A DNA stretch of 64,000 nucleotides, taken from Macrostomum lignano. Lineage: Eukaryota. The translations under genes and the position numbers were made by a program. Positions 35,951 through 48,900 of the stretch are shown here, piece by piece (the first letter of the stretch is position 1; every line of letters begins with the position of its first letter). A model generated the notes under the pieces. The model was not told the origin of the DNA. It made no database searches and saw only the letters and a list, made by a program, of their open reading frames with translations. The stretch spans positions 124,001 to 188,000 of the forward strand of contig NIVC01001907.1 of assembly GCA_002269645.1 (NCBI GenBank). Direction: 5' to 3'.

Positions 35951-36791
35951 GATTTAAATCCAATGGGGTCAGTCTGAAAAGGGTTTTGACCACCTATAAG
36001 AATATTCTTATTCTTATGCATATGAACACAACAAAAAATGAAGTGAATATAGTATACAGAAGTAACACGTAAATAAGCTACTGAAATATTTTAAAATTAT
36101 ATACGTATATACGTATGTTATCGTTATCGTTCTGGTCTCTCACTTCTACGAGTATGGCTCTTGTTCTACTTCAAATATCAATGTGAGAGCCAAATAACTA
36201 AGGCGGCGGATTCAACTGACTTTTCCTGATGAGGCAAACACTTGGTGTTAACTTACAGACCGTTGTATTTGATGGTCACAATCTCGAGATGTTATCTTAC
36301 AAAATATAGTGTCTAAGATGGAATTCCAAATAAGAAGCTCGTTCAGCTTAAGTTACAAAGGGTTTCTAATTGTTCGGGTAAACCGAAGGTTCAGTCTATT
36401 GTAGAACGTGAATTGGGTGTCCTCAGCTTTTGCTATTTGGAGCGCATTCATTGGTTAAAATACATTCAATCTGGATGGGAACTTTCTAGAGCCAAAATGT
36501 ATCACTTCACTACATATGACTCATAAAGCATCTCATCCAGATGCTTCTGGAAACCGGACTCAATTTTTTGGTTTAATTGCATCTACTATTACGTGCATAT
36601 ATATACATTTTTACAAAATCGCTAACAATTAGAACGACTACTACAGTTTGTTAAAAAATATAATAGAAATTTGATTATTTTTTTGCCAATCGTAAAGTAA
36701 GGAAAAAACGAAAGGAAAATACGTTTATGCTGGCAATCAGTTATCCTAGCCTGTCAATCAGTTATCCCATTGCCATGGACGCCAGCAGACT

Positions 36792-39700
36792 CTACGAATA
36801 GCCCAACTGCGGATGGGCCAGCAGAGCTACTTTTGTGTCGGTGACGACACAGACGCCACGAAACTGTGACAGCCCCACATGAATCGGGTCGCCGAGGTAG
36901 CTCAAGTCGCCGAAGGGATCGCATGCGAATACTCGGAAGTGCGCGAGTCGACAGCCTCGATTAGGTGACGTTGTGGCAACCTGTGCTAGTTCCTCCAGCG
37001 GGTCGACGGCCGCGAGAACTGGCAGTACAAGCAGTCCGAGCCTAACCTGCTCACCTTGACATTCGATGGTTTGCACTCGGCAGAATCGGAAATCCGTCGT
37101 AGTGTCACCTTCGATGGCCACGAAGCCTGCCGCATCCTGACATCCGGGAGTGAAAATTCGTATTGTCCAACCGGATTTCAGAGTGGCACTGTGCCATCCG
37201 ACTTGCCAGCGCTTCGGTCGACGAAGCACGACATCTGGAAGGGTGAGTACTTCTGTTCGACGGAATAATTCCTCTTCGTCTTGCTGATCCCCGTGCCCGA
37301 TCAGTCGCGCTCGCGCTTGGATGGTGCCGATGTGGCGCTCCACGGCGCCAACCAGCTCGACGTCGGTGCGCCGCGTCCCATGCAGGCGTTTTTGCAGGCG
37401 CAAGTGCGTGCTTTCGAAAATTCCAGCCGATAGGCGGTGCGCAGAGCCGGCCAGATGGACGTATGTCAGCATGTGGCAGCACACCTGATGAGCATTATAG
37501 GTTAGTGCTCTTAAGGAGTACAACCTATACAGTTTGTCGTGGAAGTGGCGCAATGCAATCTCTACGTGCCGCAACTCAGACAGAGGCGCATAATCGGCAG
37601 TCATCCAGAACACTGCAGCGGAAAGAAGTAACAGATGCTGGTAGTGGGCGGGTGGTAGGACGGCTTCCAAAACGAGGGGGCCGTAAGCCATCAGCCACAT
37701 TTCAAACTCGTGCCCACGGAAATTGCGGAGGTCACTCAGTGGACGCACTTCATGGCGTTGGACGTTGATGGGCAGCCGGATGCGGAGCAGCGTCTCATCG
37801 ACCTGATGTTGAAGCCGGTGCAGGTCCGGACAATTAGTTTCTCCTCGGTCCGGCTTCTCGGCCCGCACCAGAAATAATTGGTACATTATCATCCGGACCA
37901 GACCTAGGTGCAGCTGGTGGAGGTAACACGGCGGACATCCGCGCATGAAGTCAAAGCCCGGGAGGCGTCCTAACGGAGAGTGGCCTCGGACACCCAATGT
38001 GTCTGTGTTCTGGTGCCGAGCACCTGCTAGGTGTTGCTCCGCTAATCTGCGCGTATCTGCCATGCTCCGCAGGACAGTTTGCAGACAACCTAGACGTCGA
38101 GCAGCATTCTGCATTGCTGGCGTTAAGCCGACGTCGAAGACACGCCCAGAGCCTGAAGGATGAAGACGCGTAGCAATGTAGCACTTCTCGCAGCCGTAGA
38201 TAGCCGTGCATCGTCGCATGCGGAGCGCATCTGCACGAGCCGGTGAGTCGAACATTGCTAGCAACGGATGGAAGCGTATCGTACGCTGAACTCCATCAGC
38301 GTCAGTGTACGTTACGCCCCGGATGCGTAAAGAAATCAGCGCGTCGACGACCACCGGAAGGAAAGCCGCTGAACTCACTTTGGTCTTAGCAGCCCAGAGC
38401 CCACAGATTATGACATAGCGCAACTTGACATGATCGTGAACCTCGTTGATGCTTAAGTAGACTGGACACACCTCTACCTTGCTGGTTGACCGTGCTGGAA
38501 ACCCATCAGAGCTCAGAGTATACGAGAGGTCGCTCTTAGCAACTAGGTTTATCGACTCCCGAAACTGTCTGTACAGGTGACTGTTGTAGAAATGGATGGT
38601 GTCTTCGTGCGGATTGAAGTCGGAAGGAAAAGTCAAATTATGCAGCAGTCCACATGACTCTATGTGAGTTCGGATCTGCTTTCTAATGTTGAAAACCCAG
38701 AAGTTTGCGACTCTCATTGATCCGCAGTCACTGCAATGTCCACCGTTTTGACTGCAGTCTCCTCGGTAGTTTACGTAGCACTCGTTGCACACAGTGACGC
38801 ATTTTGCGGAGCCGATGTAACTCTGGGCGGATTTTAGCGTCCGCCACATAGTTCTTGCAGTGCGCGGAATTCGACTTCCCGGAACCAGACAATGCACAAG
38901 ACGTAGAAGTCTGGTTATTTTTTTACTTGGGATTCCAAGATCAATGGCGCAGTCGTTGATATGACACACAGCTTCACCAATGGTGCCCGTGATGGGTTCG
39001 CCGTTGTGCCACGGTAGCTGTAGCCAGGGATCAAGAACTGGCTGTTCCTGGCCATCGCTGTCGCTGGAGTCAAGTGACTCAGCGTCACTGCCGTCACTGG
39101 AGTCTGTGGGAAACGCGCGATAGTTTTTCTGTATCAACGGATATCGGGGCCGCATTTTGCAGATCCTCGATGCTACTCACCATGCTCAGAGGGCTCAGAG
39201 TCGGGTGTCTCTGTACCGTCGCTGCCATTGCGGCCAGCGCTGTTTACGGACTCAGCGTCACTGCGGCTTTGGTCGCCTCCACTGCTGCCGTCACTGGAGT
39301 CTGTGGGAAACGCGCGATAGTTTTTCTGTATCAACGGATATCGGGGCCGCATTTTGCAGATCCTCGATGCTACTCACCATGCTCAGAGGGCTCAGAGTCG
39401 GGTGTCTCTGTACCGTCGCTGCCATTGCGGCCAGCGCTGTTTACGGACTCAGCGTCACTGCGGCTTTGGTCGCCTCCACTGCTGCCGTCACTGGAGTCTG
39501 TGGGAAACACGCGATAGTTTTTCTGTATCAACGGATATCGGGGCCGCATTTTGCAGATCCTCGATGCTACTCACCATGCTCAGAGGGCTCACTGTCACCG
39601 GTGTCTACGGACTCGGCACCTCTGAGAAGCTGCGACGATGCTGCGACGACAGTGCTACTGCTGCGCGAAGTACTAGGTACAGCGCGACTAACCGGGGAAC

Positions 39701-39797
39701 GCGGTCGGTCAGTCAACTCAGCGCAGGCCGCGTCAATATTTTGTTGCAGTCGTCGCGCCCGCTGATAAAATCGTCTGTCGCGTCGTGATCGCTCCAT
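36792..39797 (-). CDS. CACTA/EnSpm-type DDE transposase, about 924 aa spliced
   Basis: Exons 39575-39797, 39378-39497, 39181-39300 and 36792-39103, all introns phase 1. Motifs: CxxC zinc knuckles, SSDGFP, CPVYLSINE, GLW, FDSPAR, GCEKC, YLHQLHLG, TYNAH, SAGIFES. Confidence 0.92.
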
Positions 39798-40537
39798 TGT
39801 AATTATTTCAGGTTTCTTAATTACCAGCACTGGAAATTCATGGAACTTTATTAACAAAGGCTGCTACGTACGCAACGCCTAGCGGGCCAATTCGGGGATG
39901 GGACTTTGCTTATACATTTTTGTAAAAGAGGAAATCAACGTTGGAATCCCACAGTAACATGCAGCCTTCAGAAATGTGTGCGATGACAGCATTAAAATGA
40001 CAATATATTTTTATTCTCAGTTTACGTGAACTACGCTCGTAATAACATACGAAGACGCTCATATGATATATATAAAGATGAGCGGAAAAAATACTGCAAT
40101 AGAACAAAACAGGAGCACATTACAGGACATGCAATTACAAGAAAATCTTCATGTCAATTGTCAATTATACACTGTGTCTCCCATACCATTTTCAACCCAA
40201 TCCTGAATTAAAGGCTTTCATCAGCTCTTTTCTCCGGCTCTTGTCCGGTCGAAGAACCAGAGAAAGAACCGGGCAAAATTCCAGGCGGAAATGTTAGTTT
40301 ATCTGCTTTTACTCCGGATTTCCCTGCGTTACTAAACTGGTTCCAAATCTGGCGAAGGACCGGGTAAAAAACCAGAGCACTCGTACGGTTTTTCCTCCGG
40401 AATTTCGCCTGGTTTAGAAAGGCAGAGAAAAACCGGATAAATTCGCCTGGTTTATGTTCTTCGCCTGGAAATGGGGCAAAAAACATAGCAAGCCAGAGCA
40501 AAACCGGGCGAAAAACCTGATCGGATGGCCACACGGG

Positions 40538-41025
40538 ATATAGGGCTACCCGCCACCCCAATATAGGGCTACCCACCACCCCATTATAGAGTTACCCACC
40601 ACCCCAATATACAATATAGGCCACCGCCACCCTAATATAGGGCTACCCAACAACCCAATATAGGGCTACCCGCCACCCCAATATAGGGCCACCCGCCACC
40701 CCAATATAGGGCCACCCGCCACCCCAATATAGGGCCACTTGCAACCCCAATATAGGGCTATCCACCATCCCAATAAAGGGCTACCCACCATCCCAATAAA
40801 GGGCTACCCACCACCCCATTATAGAGTTACCCACCACCCCAATATACAATATAGGCCACCGCCACCCTAATATAGGGCTACCCACCACCCCAATATTGGT
40901 TTATCCGCCACTCCAATATAGGGCTACCCACCACCCCAATATAGGGCTACCCACCACCCCAATATAGGGCTACCCGCCACCCCAATATAGAGCCACCCGC
41001 CACCAAAGTATAGGGCTACTCGATA
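40538..41025. repeat. 22-nt minisatellite, right part
   Basis: Same unit as 31660-31937. Confidence 0.92.
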
Positions 41026-41059
41026 CCTTAACCAACCTATGCACCATTACGTATTACAG

Positions 41060-44000
41060 ATCGCAATGGACTCCGTACTGCTTGGCAACCTGTCCTCAAT
41101 GCTTGAGAGCGGCAGTCACGGGCCTATTGCCGCAATTCCCAACCAGCCCGTATTCCCTACTGAGTACATTACCGCAATGCCGGTTGCCTCTACCGCTGCC
41201 AGATCGCCAGCCGCCAGTTACCCCAACGGTCTCCATGGCAACAATAATAACAATAACAACAGTACCCATAGCAACTATAATAAACGCCGTTGCCAACGCG
41301 GTATCCAACAGCGCCAGGTTGCTCGGGCTGCCGCTTTCCTGGGCGTCGATGCCGTTGCGCCACTTATCGGCCGTCAGTCCCAGACTCCCAATCAGCATCA
41401 TCACCAAAAGCAGCAGCAGCAGCATACTCTACCGCCAAATGGCGTCGAATTAATGGAAGACGAGGCCTACCTTGGCGAGGACAGCGCCAAGCCCTGGCTG
41501 TGCAGAGTTTGCAGCACCTGTTTTCCGCATCAGGCCAGCCTGAGGCGGCACATGAAGTTGCACGACACTAATAAAAGATTCAAGTGCGACAAGTGTCATA
41601 AGCGATTCTCTTATCGGTGAGTTTTTGCCCCGGCTGTTGGACAAAATGCCCCCTTTATTTGTTCAATGTGATTTTTAAGCCGCTTCACAGCCGCTAATAC
41701 TCAAAATCTCACCCTGAGAATAGTCTCAATCTCACCCTTAGAATCGCCTCACAATCTCACCCTGAGAATCCCCTCACAATCTCACCCCAAGAATCGCCTC
41801 ACAATCTCACCTGAGAATAGTCTCACAATCTCACCTGAGCATAGCCTCACAATCTCACCCTGAGAATCCCCTCACAATCTCACCCTGAGAATCCCCTCAC
41901 AATCTCACCCTGAGAATCCCCTCACAATCTCACCCTGAGAATCCCCTCACAATCTCACCCAGAGAATCGCCTCATAATCTCACCTTGAGAATCGCCTCAC
42001 AACTCACCTGAGAATAGTCTCACAATCTCACCTGAGAATAGCCTCAAAACCTCACCCTGAGAATCCCCTCACAATCTCACCCTGAGAATCCCCTCACAAT
42101 CTCACCCTGAGAATCCCCTCACAATCTCACCCTTAAAATCGCCTCACAATCTCACCCTGAGAATCCCCTCACAATCTCACCCAGAGAATCGCCTCATAAT
42201 CTCACCTTGAGAATCGCCTCACAATCTCACCTGAGAATAGTCTCACAATCTCACCTGAGAATAGCCTCACAATCTCACCCTGAGAATCCCCTTACAATCT
42301 CACCCTTAAAATCGCCTCACAATCTCACCCTGAAAATCCCCTCCCAATCTCACCCTTAAAATCGCCTCACAATCTCGCCTGAGAATAGTCTCACAATCTC
42401 ACCTGAGAATAGTCTCACAATCTCACCTGAGAATAGTCTCACAATCTCACCTGAGAATAGTCTCACAATCTCACCTGAGAATAGTCTCAATATCTCACCC
42501 AGAGAATCGGCTCACAATCTCGCCTGAGAATCGTCTCATAATCTCACCCCAAGAATCGCCTTATAATCTCACCCTGACAATGCCTTAGAATCTCATCCTG
42601 AGAAAAGCATCACAACCTCACCCTGAGGATCGCCTCATCGTCATAATCTCACCCTGAGATTCGCCTCAAATCACCCTGAGAATCGCCTCACAACCTCACC
42701 TGAGAATCGCCTCACAATCTCACCTGAGAATAGTCTCATAATGTCACCCAAAGAATCGCCTTATAATCTCACCATGAGAATGCCTTAGAATCTCATCCTG
42801 AGAATAGTATCACAACCTCACCCTGAGGATCGCCTCATCGTCATAATCTCACCCTGAGATTCGCCTCAAAATCTCACCCTGAGAATCGCCTCACAACCTC
42901 ACCCTGAGAATCGCCTCACAACCTCACTCTGAGAATAGTCTCACAATCTCACCCAGAGAATCGCCTCACAATCTCACCTGAGAATAGTCTCATAATGTCA
43001 CCCCAAGAATCGCCTTATAATCTCACCCTGACAATGCCTTAGAATCTCATCCTGAGAATAGTATCACAACCTCACCCTGAGGATCGCCTCATCTTCATAA
43101 TCTCACCCTAAGATTCGCCTCAAAATCTCACCCTGAGAATCGCCTCACAACCTCACCCTTAGAATAGTCTCACAATCTCACCCAGAGAATCGCCTCACAA
43201 TCTCACCTGAGAATCGTCTCATAATGTCACCCCAAGAATCGCCTTATGATCTCACCTTGAGAATCGCCTCACAATCTCACCTGAGAATAGTCTCACAATC
43301 TCACCTGAGAATAGTCTCACAATCTCACCTGAGAATAGTCTCAATATCTCACCCAGAGAATCGCCTCATAATCTCACCTGAGAATCGTCTCATAATCTCA
43401 CCCCAAGAATCGCCTTATAATCTCACCCTGAGAATGCCTTAGAATCTCATCCTGAGAATAGTATCACAACCTCACCCTGAGGATCGCCTCATCGTCATAA
43501 TCTCACCCTGAGATTCGCCTCAAAATCTCACCCTGAGAATCGCCTCACAACCTCACCCTGAGAATCGCCTCACAATCTTACCCTGAGATTCGCCTCAAAA
43601 TCTTACCCTGAGATTCGCCTCAAAATCTCACCCTGAGAATCGCCTCACAACCTCACCCTGAGATTCGCCTCACAATCTCACCCTGAGAAGTGAGAATAGT
43701 CACATAACCCCACCCTGTAGATCAATCGCATGTTGGCCTCAAACCGACTTAAATCGCGTCCCCTAATTCGTCCCGCAGCTGCAACCTGATGCTGCACTAC
43801 CGCACCCACACTAACGAGCGCCCGTTTCACTGTGTAACCTGCGGCGCCCGTTTTAACCAGCGAGTCCATCTGCAGAATCACATTCAGAATGTGCACAGCG
43901 GACCCGGCGGCGTGAGGCCAGCCGTTACTCACGAGTGCGACATCTGCGGCGCCTGGTTCGTGCAGATCAACGCCCTGACTCGGCACCAGCGACTGCATCA

Positions 44001-44280
44001 CGACGAGGCTGCTGGCACCGTTGCTAAACGACATTCAAACGATTCTTTGAAGCACGAACCCCAGCTGCCGGAGTCTGATGATCGCAATGGGGATCACGAT
44101 AATCGGGATTTGCCGCCTCCACAGCTGGAGGCGTCGAATGTGCCAGATGACCAGCTTGAGCAGCCGGTCGATTCGAAGAACGCCGAAGCGCCTCGCTTGT
44201 CCGAGATGGAGACGTCTGAGAGTGCCGTTATTAGCGAAGTTTGCGCCGAAGCGTTGGAACAGGCAAACGGTCCGGAGTGA
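41060..44280 (+). CDS. C2H2 zinc-finger protein, exons 2-3 (41060-41616, 43779-44280)
   Basis: Fingers KPWLCRVC..HMKLH, RFKCDKC..HYRTH (split by a phase-2 intron), ERPFHCVTC..HIQNVH and HECDIC..HQRLH; phases match exon 1. Confidence 0.88.
41700..43690. repeat. About 25-nt minisatellite (TCACAATCTCACCCTGAGAATCGCC) filling zinc-finger intron 2
   Basis: Direct; about 2 kb with higher-order blocks. Confidence 0.95.
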
Positions 44281-44349
44281 TTGATTGGTGTCTGATTAAC
44301 TTGCTTGTTTACACTGGGAGTCCGTCCATACTCCATTCTTTTCTTTGGT

Positions 44350-44955
44350 CATTGCGTGTTGGTCATTGCCTCCTACCTCTTGTGATCATTGCCTGTCGGT
44401 CATTGCCCTTTTTTGATCATTGCCTGTCGGTCATTGCCCTTTTTTGATCATTGCCTGTCGGTCATTGCCCTTTTTTGATCATTGCCTGTCGGTCATTGCC
44501 CTTATGATCATTGCCTGTCGGTCATCCCCCTTATGATCATTGCCTGTCTGTCATTCCCCCTTATGATCATTGCCTGTCGGTCATTCCCCCTTATGATCAT
44601 TGCCTGTCGGTCATTCCCCCTTATGATCATTGCCTGTCGGTCATTGCCCTTTTTTGATCATTGCCTGTCGGTCATCCCCCCTTATGATCATTGCCTGTCT
44701 GTCATTCCCCCTTATGATCATTGCCTGTCGGTCATTCCCCCTTATGATCATTGCCTGTCGGTCATTCCCCCTTATGATCATTGCCAGTCTGTCATTCCCC
44801 CTTATGATCATTGCCTGTCGGTCATTCCCCCCCCTATGATCATTGCCTGTCTGTCATTGCCCCTTATGATCATTGCCTGTCTGTCATTGCCCCTTATGAT
44901 CATTGCCTGTCGGTCATTGCCCCCTACCACTTATGATCATTGCCTGTCGGTCATT
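44350..44955. repeat. About 31-nt minisatellite (TGATCATTGCCTGTCGGTCATTCCCCCTTA)
   Basis: Direct. Confidence 0.93.
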
Positions 44956-45647
44956 GCCTTCTCTACCGCCCCTGAGTCACCTCTATTTTTCAGTATATAT
45001 TTTTAATGGCATTCTAGTACAACTCGTATTAAGCAGCGTTGATATTAAATATTTTAAATAAAATAAACTTTTTGCGCCCTATACTACTGCCAGTAAGCTG
45101 CATGTTGTTGCGTTGTCTTCTTACACTATTTTTGAGTGTTGTCTTTCTTCGTGTATCTGCGTGGACACTGAACTCATATTTGAGCATGAGATTACTATGC
45201 AATCTTGCACAACTCATAATCATATTTCTCTGTTGATTAATCTGGCACAGATTTTGTCTCTAAAGCTTCTTCAAAACGTTTCTACTATAAGTAGCTTACA
45301 CGCAAATGTGCTGCTGAGTGGCCAATCTCTCCTGGAGATTAGAGACTTCACTTTTGCGTTCGAATTTTATATTAGTCACGACGGATGGTTATGAAAGTTT
45401 TGCAGTAATTTTTCTATTTGTTTTTTCGCATCAATTGACACTTTTTGTTCTGCATATTGGTACATAATTTTTATGCAATTTTTTCATGTTTATTATGCTT
45501 GCACTTTTGTGTCACAAACTCAGCCTAGTCATCACTTGTGCAGTTATATAGAATTATATGATTAATCTGTGAGATTTTGTTGTCCGCCTTCAATAACTAT
45601 GGTTTTGGTTAACCTCAGTTCTTTTAAAAAAATTGCTAACTCTCGAA

Positions 45648-45836
45648 AGGACGAATCTCAGGGTCGATTCCCATCTAAGAACGAATCTCAGGGTCGATTC
45701 CCATCTAAGAACGAATCTCATAGGGTCGATTCCCATCTAAACACGAATCTCATAGGATCGATTCCCTTTTAAAGACGAATCTCATAGGGTCGATTCCCAC
45801 CTAAACACGAATCTCATAGGGTCGATTTCCATCTAA
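45648..45836. repeat. 30-32-nt tandem repeat (ACGAATCTCAGGGTCGATTCCCATCTAAG)
   Basis: Direct; about 6 copies. Confidence 0.85.
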
Positions 45837-45919
45837 TCTTGTAAGTTTTACCAGTTTTTTAACCGTGAAATTTCAATTAAGCAGTATTTATTGAATGCAT
45901 GCTACTGACCTCATAGCAG

Positions 45920-48900
45920 ATGAGTAGTCTAGTCAGATGTTTTTCGCGCATTTTATTTTTCCAGCCTATCCTACGCGTTATCCGCGAGAACCCGAAGAAG
46001 TGCGCGGCCGGCGCCCTAGCGGCTGGGTGGCTGGCCAACTGGCTCTACACACGGCAGGCGGAGCGAGCCGAACTTCGCCAGCATTGTCGATGGGCGAAGG
46101 CGTTCGGCGATGCGCCCGTCAGCGGCCAGTGGCAGCAGACGGGCCAGCGTAGGCCGCAGTCACAGCAGCAACAGCAGCCGCGTCGGGTTACAGTGCTGTT
46201 TAATCCTAGGGCAGCTCAGAGCGCCTGGTTTGAGAAGGCTCTGTCGCCTATGCTGCATTTGGCTGGCTTTGAGGTTGGACTTTCATCTCTGGAGTTGGAG
46301 GGCTGGGATCTCTGGAGTTGGAGGACTGGGATCTCTGGGGTTGGAGGGCTGGGATCTCTGGGGTTGGAGGACTGGGATCTCTGGAGTTGGAGGACTGGGA
46401 TCTTTGGGGTTGGGTAGGCTGGGATCTTTGGGGTTGGGTAGGCTGAAATCTCTGGGGTTGGAGGGCTGGGATCTCTCGTATTGGAGGACTGGGATCTCTG
46501 GTGTTGAAGGGCTGGGATCTCTGGTTTTGGAGGGCTGGGATCTTTGGTGTTCGAGGGATGAGATCTCTGGGGTTGGAGGGCTGGGATCTTTGGAGTGGGT
46601 AGGCTGGGATCTCTGGGGTTGGAGACTGGGATCTCTGGAGTTGGAGGACTGGGATCTTTGGGGTTGGGTAGGCTGGGATCTTTGGGGTTGGGTAGGCTGG
46701 GATCTTTGGGGTTGGGTAGGCTGAAATCTCTGGGGTTGGAGGGCTGGGATCTCTCGTATTGGAGGACTGGGATCTCTGGTGTTGAAGGGCTGGGATCTCT
46801 GGTTTTGGAGGGCTGGGATCTCTTGGGTTGGAGGGCTGGGATCTCTTGGGTTGGAGGGCTGGGATCTCTGCGGTTGGGTAGGCTGGGAGCTCTTGGGTTA
46901 GCGGTCTGATATCTAAAGTTTTGGACTTTTAATTTCCATTAAGGAATTCCAGGTCTGTAATAGTATAATTTCCTAGATATCTAAGGTGCGGGTTCAAATT
47001 TTCTGAAAAGGCCGCAGAGGTTCAAATTTGCTAGAAACTAAGAAATGATTCCAATTTCCTAGAAATTTAGTATTTTTTCTTGGAAAGCTCGAAGTTCTAA
47101 TTTCCTAGAAACCAAGAGCTTCCAATTTCGTGGAAAATTGGGTGGGGGTTCCCATTTCCTAGAAAGTTAAAGATTTCAGTTTCCTAGAAACTCAGAGATT
47201 CCAATTTCCTAGAAACTCAAACATTCCAATTTCCTACAAACTTAGAGATTCCAATTTCCCGGAAACTCAAAGATTCCAATTTCCTGGAAACTCAAAGATT
47301 CCAATTTCCTGGAAACTCAAAGATTCCAATTTCCTGGAAACTCAAAGATTCCAATTTCCTGGAAACTCGAAGTTCTAATTTCCTAGAAACCAAGAGCTTC
47401 CAATTTCGTGGAAAATGGGGTGGGGGTTCCCATTTCCTAGAAAGTTAAAGATTTCAGTTTCCTAGAAACTCAGAGATTCCAATTTCCTAGAAACTCAAAC
47501 ATTCCAATTTCCTAGAAACTTATAGATTCCAATTTCCTGGAAACTCAAAGATTCCAATTTCCTGGAAACTCAAAGATTCCAATTTCCTGGAAACTCAAAG
47601 ATTCCAATTTCCTGGAAACTTGGGGTAAAAACATTGCGATCTATTGAAAATCTCCTAATCAGAATTCCTTAATCCGTGCTCCATCATTCACTTGTCGTCT
47701 GCCTGCTGCAGGTGCAACTAGTTGAAGGCGACTCGGAGGACGAGAACAAAGGCTTCATGGAGGTGCTGGACCTCAACAGCACTGACGCTGTGCTGGTTGC
47801 AGGCGGCGATGGCACCCTGATGCAGGCGGTCACGGGTCTGCTCCGCCGGCCAGACTCTCGCCGAATTGCCGCTCGCCTGCCGGTTGCCGCCGCTCCGCTT
47901 GGCCGGCGCAGCGATTCGACGTCGACAGTGTCGACTGGCGTTGGCGGCGGCGCAAGTCCCGCCGAAGGCCTGCCGGAGGCTTGCCGGCGGACTGTGGAAG
48001 CCCTGCTGCAGGCGACTTCCGCAAATTTCAATAATACTGCAACAACTACTAAGCGAATAGCTGCTGTTCGACCCATGCGAGTTCGAGTCAGACTAGGGGG
48101 CGATTCTGAGCTGCCGAGGGACACCTACTGCCTGACCGCGCTCGAGTGGTGCGTTTTGGCCATATTTATTGCATATGCAGCGTATTAAGATTCCTACACT
48201 CGTAGATAAGAGGTTAAAAATTGGAATTTGAGAATGGGAATTCAGATATTGGGATTTGAGAATGGGGATTTGGATATTGGCATTTGAGAATGGGGATTTG
48301 GATATTGGCATTTGAGAATGGGGATTTGGATATTGGGATTTGATAATGGGGATTTGGATATTGGGATTTGATAATGGGGATTTAGATATTGTGATTTTAG
48401 AATTAGAATTCGGTTATTGGGATTTGAGAATGGGGATTTGGATATTGGGATTTAAGAATGGGGGATCTGATATTGGGATTTCAGAATGGAGATTTGGATA
48501 TTGGCATCTGAGAATGGGGAATCGGATATTGGGATTTAAGAATTGGGATTTTAATTTTTTGGGATTTTAGAATGGGATTCAGATATTAAGATATTAAAAT
48601 GGGGAATCGGATTTTGGGATTTGGAAATGAGGATTCGGATATTGGGATTTCAGAATGGGGATTCGGATATTGGGATTTGAGCTTAGAGATTCGGATATTG
48701 GGATTTGAGCTTGGAGATTGGGATATTGGGATTTGAGCTTGGGGATTCGGATATTGGGATTTGAGCTTGGAGATTCGGATATTGGGATTTGAGCTTGGAG
48801 ATTCGGATATTGGGATTTGTGCTTGGAGATTCGGATATTGGGATTTGAGCTTGGAGATTCGGATATTGGGATTTGAGCTTGGAGATTCGGAAATTGGGAT

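Larger units (their letters stand above)
31938..40537 (-). mobile_element. Autonomous-looking CACTA/EnSpm (CMC) DNA transposon, 8.6 kb, three genes
   Basis: Perfect TIR of about 35 bp (CCCGTGTGGCCATCCGATCAGGTTTTTCGCCCGGT) at both ends; 2-bp AT duplication inside a minisatellite unit; Transposase_21-like ORF; subterminal repeats. Confidence 0.92.

Noticed and set aside
36318-36527. About 70-codon open plus-strand stretch between the transposase and CtIP-like genes (GIPNKKLVQL...HFTTYDS)
   Set aside because: No start codon or phase-compatible upstream exon found and no motif; kept only as a possibility.
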